Positions 60,818 through 64,000 of a stretch of DNA of 64,000 bases are shown here, in pieces. The stretch comes from Pseudomonadales bacterium (lineage in GTDB: Bacteria; Patescibacteriota; Microgenomatia; UBA1400; PJMF01). Both the position numbers and the translations under genes were made by a program. Numbering within the stretch: position 1 is the first letter of the stretch; each line of letters begins with the position of its first letter. The notes below the pieces were generated by a model. It saw only the letters and a program-made list of their open reading frames with translations. It ran no database searches and had not been told where the DNA came from. The stretch spans positions 663,272-727,271 of the forward strand of contig JACKFW010000001.1 of the NCBI GenBank assembly GCA_020632265.1. Reading direction: 5' to 3'.

Positions 60818-61243
60818 ATGAAAAAAATCATTACCAAGCTTTCAGCAATGGCATTAATTGTTAGATTATCTTTGGGTTTATTTGTTTTTAAGGTATTAGC
60901 GTTTACTAATCCAGTTATTGGCGAAAGCTTAGGAGGTAATGCCGAGGAAGCAGCAGATGGAACGACCTTCGTTAATTACTTTGTTACAGTTTGGAACGCA
61001 TTCATTGTAATCGGAGCAATTTTAGTCTTGATTTATTTCCTATGGGGAGCCATTCAATGGATTTCTGCAGGAGGAGATAAATCCAAAATCGAAACAGCTA
61101 GAAACAGGATTACTCATTCAATCTTGGGATTAATTATTCTCGTTAGTTCGTTTGTGATTATAGGATTTATCAGCAGTCTTTTATTTGGTGATGAATTTTC
61201 TATCCTCAACTTACAATTTGTTGCTCCAGGAGAAGCACCATAA
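60818..61243 (+). CDS. VirB2/TrbC-like pilin-family protein, paralog 5
   Basis: Module WGAIQWISAGGDKSKIETARNRITHSILGLIILVSSFVIIG. Confidence 0.55.
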   Translation: MKKIITKLSAMALIVRLSLGLFVFKVLAFTNPVIGESLGGNAEEAADGTTFVNYFVTVWNAFIVIGAILVLIYFLWGAIQWISAGGDKSKIETARNRITHSILGLIILVSSFVIIGFISSLLFGDEFSILNLQFVAPGEAP

Positions 61244-61713
61244 TGAAAACAAAAAATAAATCAATATATAAAAAATTAAACATCAGCGTTTTTTTTGTTT
61301 TCTTTTTCATTTTTGCAACGTTTAACACTGTGTTATTGCCTAATAATTTTATTAAAACTATTTTTATGCCTCACATTGTACAAGCAGTTGAATTAAATAT
61401 TGGTGATGCGGCAAAAAGCGCAGCAGTGCCAGGAACTGCAGATTATGATTCAGCTGATCCAGAAGGCAGTTTTGGGATACTTGTGGGCAAAGCACTCAAT
61501 ATTGCAATTGTAATAGGCGCAATTTTAGTTTTTGGCTATCTCATTTGGGGTGGAGTCGAATGGATTACTTCAGGTGGTGACAAAGGAAAAATCGAAAACG
61601 CTAGAAATAGAATTACTCAATCAATTATTGGATTACTCATATTGGCTTCAGTTGTAGCTTTATTTGTTTTTGTTCAATCTTTCTTGGGATTAGAAGTACT
61701 AACCTTCAATTAA
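61243..61713 (+). CDS. VirB2/TrbC-like pilin-family protein, paralog 6
   Basis: Module WGGVEWITSGGDKGKIENARNRITQSIIGLLILASVVALF. The start overlaps the previous stop (ATGA). Confidence 0.55.
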   Translation: MKTKNKSIYKKLNISVFFVFFFIFATFNTVLLPNNFIKTIFMPHIVQAVELNIGDAAKSAAVPGTADYDSADPEGSFGILVGKALNIAIVIGAILVFGYLIWGGVEWITSGGDKGKIENARNRITQSIIGLLILASVVALFVFVQSFLGLEVLTFN

Positions 61714-61994
61714 ATTTAATATGTTATTAGTATATTAAATTACGCAAAATTGAAAAATTTATACAATTAGATAATTGTTAATTAATCATTTTATTTGTTC
61801 ATTATATTTTCGCCTTACACACTTAATTCCTGATAATAAACATTTTATCAAATATGCTTTTTTATAAACAAATGACCTTAAATATATAAATAATAATCAA
61901 AAAAAAATTTACCTTGACTATTTATTTTAAAAACAGGTATAATTAGCTATTAAGTATTCAGTTTAAACTGATAATTAAAGTATATAAGGAGTTT

Positions 61995-62366
61995 ATGAAA
62001 AAAAGTCTTAAAAGCTTAGCAGTGGCCTCAAGCGCTTTAGTTGCAACCGCAACCACAGCTTTTGCTGCAACAACACCAGTGGAACCAGGAGATGTTTTCT
62101 TCACCGATATTGGTCAATTAATTAATAAAGCACTAAACTTCGTAATGGTTCTTGGCGCACTTTTGGTCTTCGGTTACCTAATTTGGGGTGGAGTCGAATG
62201 GATTACTTCAGGTGGTGACAAAGGAAAAACTGAATCAGCACGTAATAAAATTACTGCTGCAGTCGTAGGACTTATCGTCCTTGCTGCATCATGGGCAATC
62301 TTAATGTTGCTACTCGGTTTCTTGGGAACTGATCTTAATTCACTCTTTACTGAAGCAGGAATCTAA
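61995..62366 (+). CDS. VirB2/TrbC-like pilin-family protein, paralog 7. Candidate major subunit: monocistronic, with a strong RBS and its own terminator.
   Basis: RBS TAAGGAGTTTATG. Signal peptide ...TTAFA|AT. Module WGGVEWITSGGDKGKTESARNKITAAVVGLIVLAASWAIL. A 280-nt AT-rich upstream region, then a GC-rich terminator. Confidence 0.6.
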   Translation: MKKSLKSLAVASSALVATATTAFAATTPVEPGDVFFTDIGQLINKALNFVMVLGALLVFGYLIWGGVEWITSGGDKGKTESARNKITAAVVGLIVLAASWAILMLLLGFLGTDLNSLFTEAGI

Positions 62367-62390
62367 GCTTCTTTTTCATTTGAATTTAAA

Positions 62391-62420
62391 CCCCCTCACT
62401 AAGAGGGGGTTTTTGGTTTT
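62391..62420 (+). terminator. Rho-independent terminator
   Basis: CCCCCTC-actaa-GAGGGGG followed by TTTTTGGTTTT. Confidence 0.8.
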
Positions 62421-62449
62421 AATAAATACCTGATATAATTAAGCTATTC

Positions 62450-62884
62450 ATGAAATCAAAACAACAAAAAAATCCAAAATTCTTTAACAAGACTCAAAAA
62501 CTATTATTTATAGTCGTTGCTTCCCTATATTCATCTTCATCTGCTTTTGCTCAAACAGCTTCATGGTCTGGAGTTTGTGTAGCTGGAGCAGATAACGATG
62601 TCGCAACTATTCAAGGTCTCGAGTGTTTAATTGCAAATATTTTTACCGTGATTATCTCTTTAATAGGTCTGGCCGCATTTGTAATGTTCATCATTGGATC
62701 TATACAATGGTTAATCTCCGGAGGAAACAGTGCCGATGGTACAAAAAAAGCCAAAGATACATTAACATACGCGGTTATCGGCATTGTTATAGCACTTAGT
62801 GCATTTATTGTTCTCAATTTAATCACAGGATTTACTGGAGTTGAGAATATTAGAGAATTTGTAATCCCAACTTCAGACTCCTAA
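62450..62884 (+). CDS. VirB2/TrbC-like pilin-family protein, paralog 8
   Basis: Signal peptide ...SSSAFA|QT. Module IGSIQWLISGGNSADGTKKAKDTLTYAVIGIVIALSAFIVL. Confidence 0.5.
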   Translation: MKSKQQKNPKFFNKTQKLLFIVVASLYSSSSAFAQTASWSGVCVAGADNDVATIQGLECLIANIFTVIISLIGLAAFVMFIIGSIQWLISGGNSADGTKKAKDTLTYAVIGIVIALSAFIVLNLITGFTGVENIREFVIPTSDS

Positions 62885-62906
62885 ACATTTAAGGTATAAT
62901 TTCGAT

Positions 62907-64000
62907 GTGTATAAAAAGTATTTAACTTCTATTTTTTTTGCGATTTTTTGTTTAGCTTTTCTTGTCAAGCCGAATAATGTGATTGCCTCAGAATTAATTG
63001 GAACACATCTTGGTGAAGGTGATGTTGGAACACAAATTAATATTATTAACAACATTTTGGTTCCAAATGGCCTTGAACCTGGTAGCCCTGTAACAGTAAT
63101 GGTTGGAATCAACATGCTCCAGCCAAGCCAATTTGGAACGGTCCAAAGTTTGGCCAATGCTGTCAAAAACGCTGGATATTTTCCAATTGTCAGAATTAAC
63201 GACGTCTGTAATCCCGTAGACGCTGGCAGTGGAATTACTCCAACTTCAGCAGTTGAGGCTGCTAAAACCGCGTTTGGTGAAAACGCAATAATTGTCTGGG
63301 GCAATGAAGTTAACAACAAAGTACGTGAGTGTAGTAATTGGGACAAATACGCGGTTGACTTCATATCAATTATGAATATTCCCAACGTTTCCCCCGCAGC
63401 GCTTGATTTTTATAATAGTGACTATCCAGCAAACGATTTTATAAATTTCTTAGCTGATAATCATGGGTTAGATGGGTTTAAAATATATAATTCCCATCCT
63501 ATTTACGCTGCCAATGCCTATGGTTGTGTAGGCTCGTCTTTAGAAAGTTGCGATCCGACAACAACAGATACTCATTACAGAGGATTTGAGAGCTTGCCTG
63601 GAACAATATATTTAACCGAATTTTCACTTTCTCCAGGAGGAAGTCCTGCTCCAGACCAAAATTTAGAAAATGTACGCATATTTATTGAACAAAAAGGAAG
63701 AGAAGCATCTCCGCCAGCAGTCAAAATTACGCCTCTTGTCAGAAATATTTGTAATAACGAGGGTGAATGGCTCTTATACGTTAACGGTCGATTTTTTACT
63801 ACTTCAGGAACTCAAGTGAACGAAGACGAGTGTGAAGGCGCTGAAGGATCGAGTGAATTTGATTTAAGCAAATATCCAAACTACGACATTGATAACGAAT
63901 TATTTTTTATTACTCCAATCAGAAGTGTGATCAAAAACAACATTCCCGACAGAACAGTTGAGAATCTTAGAAAAGAACTTGTGGATCAGGGATATGAAGC
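62907..64000 (+). CDS. Secreted hypothetical protein, GTG start, 3'-partial (open to the window end). Possibly a glycoside-hydrolase-like fold.
   Basis: Frame 62907 is open for more than 360 codons. N-terminal signal peptide (V/M)YKKYLTSIFFAIFCLAFLVKPNNVIA. RBS AAGG 13 nt upstream. An IIVWGNEVNN block resembles a GH catalytic-acid region (weak). Confidence 0.4.
   Translation, partial: MYKKYLTSIFFAIFCLAFLVKPNNVIASELIGTHLGEGDVGTQINIINNILVPNGLEPGSPVTVMVGINMLQPSQFGTVQSLANAVKNAGYFPIVRINDVCNPVDAGSGITPTSAVEAAKTAFGENAIIVWGNEVNNKVRECSNWDKYAVDFISIMNIPNVSPAALDFYNSDYPANDFINFLADNHGLDGFKIYNSHPIYAANAYGCVGSSLESCDPTTTDTHYRGFESLPGTIYLTEFSLSPGGSPAPDQNLENVRIFIEQKGREASPPAVKITPLVRNICNNEGEWLLYVNGRFFTTSGTQVNEDECEGAEGSSEFDLSKYPNYDIDNELFFITPIRSVIKNNIPDRTVENLRKELVDQGYE

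Noticed and set aside
62873-63385. Minus-strand ORF 62873-63385 (170 aa)
   Set aside because: It overlaps a much longer + strand reading frame (62907 to the window end) that has a signal peptide and an RBS. The minus-strand product is hydrophobic or low-complexity without a start context.

Overview
AT-rich window whose gene content suggests a Candidate Phyla Radiation (Patescibacteria)-like bacterium with a Gram-positive-type envelope: LPXTG proteins, an archaeal-style mevalonate pathway, an ATP-dependent DNA ligase and an intron-bearing 23S rRNA. Contents in order: (1) A cell-surface polysaccharide cluster with GT8-like and GT2 glycosyltransferases and a Wzm/Wzt-type ABC-2 exporter. (2) A minus-strand tRNA-Ala(UGC)-23S-5S rRNA unit with no 16S gene nearby. 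Its 23S gene holds a roughly 750-nt group I intron encoding a single-motif LAGLIDADG homing endonuclease. It also carries a separate, roughly 200-nt AT-rich insertion closed by an inverted repeat. (3) Housekeeping genes rpsA and pgk. (4) Three tandem paralogous surface proteins built from a repeated Cys-rich module of about 45 aa, (PT)n or PPATTPPP linkers and DUF11 repeats; two end in LPXTG sorting signals. (5) A tRNA with anticodon UAU next to a bidirectional terminator. (6) A MacA/MacB-type tripartite ABC efflux operon. (7) A minus-strand operon lgt-DUF192-orf215-FtsK/HerA-superfamily ATPase with an N-terminal membrane anchor, resembling a VirB4/VirD4-like type IV secretion ATPase. (8) pth, nagZ-like, MFS, two more GT2 genes, an alpha/beta hydrolase, ATP-dependent DNA ligase, Fic, nnrD and recF. 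(9) A 1230-aa orphan protein with a central ABC/SMC-type ATPase head, divergent from recF. (10) A SpoIID/LytB-domain protein. (11) A complete mevalonate-pathway operon of archaeal type (class I HMG-CoA reductase, HMG-CoA synthase, thiolase and DUF35 OB-fold protein, mvk, pmk, mvaD, Nudix, uppS, plus idi). (12) Flanking that operon on both sides, ten genes that share a C-terminal helix-loop-helix pilin-like module resembling VirB2/TrbC T4SS pilins. Two are large Cys-rich ectodomain fusions at 46.4-48.4 kb. Eight are tandem small paralogs at 59.0-62.9 kb, one of them monocistronic with a strong RBS and terminator, downstream of a divergent ECF sigma factor. The candidate novel systems are this pilin-like array with its ectodomain-fused relatives, the Cys-module surface-protein trio, and the giant orphan ATPase.
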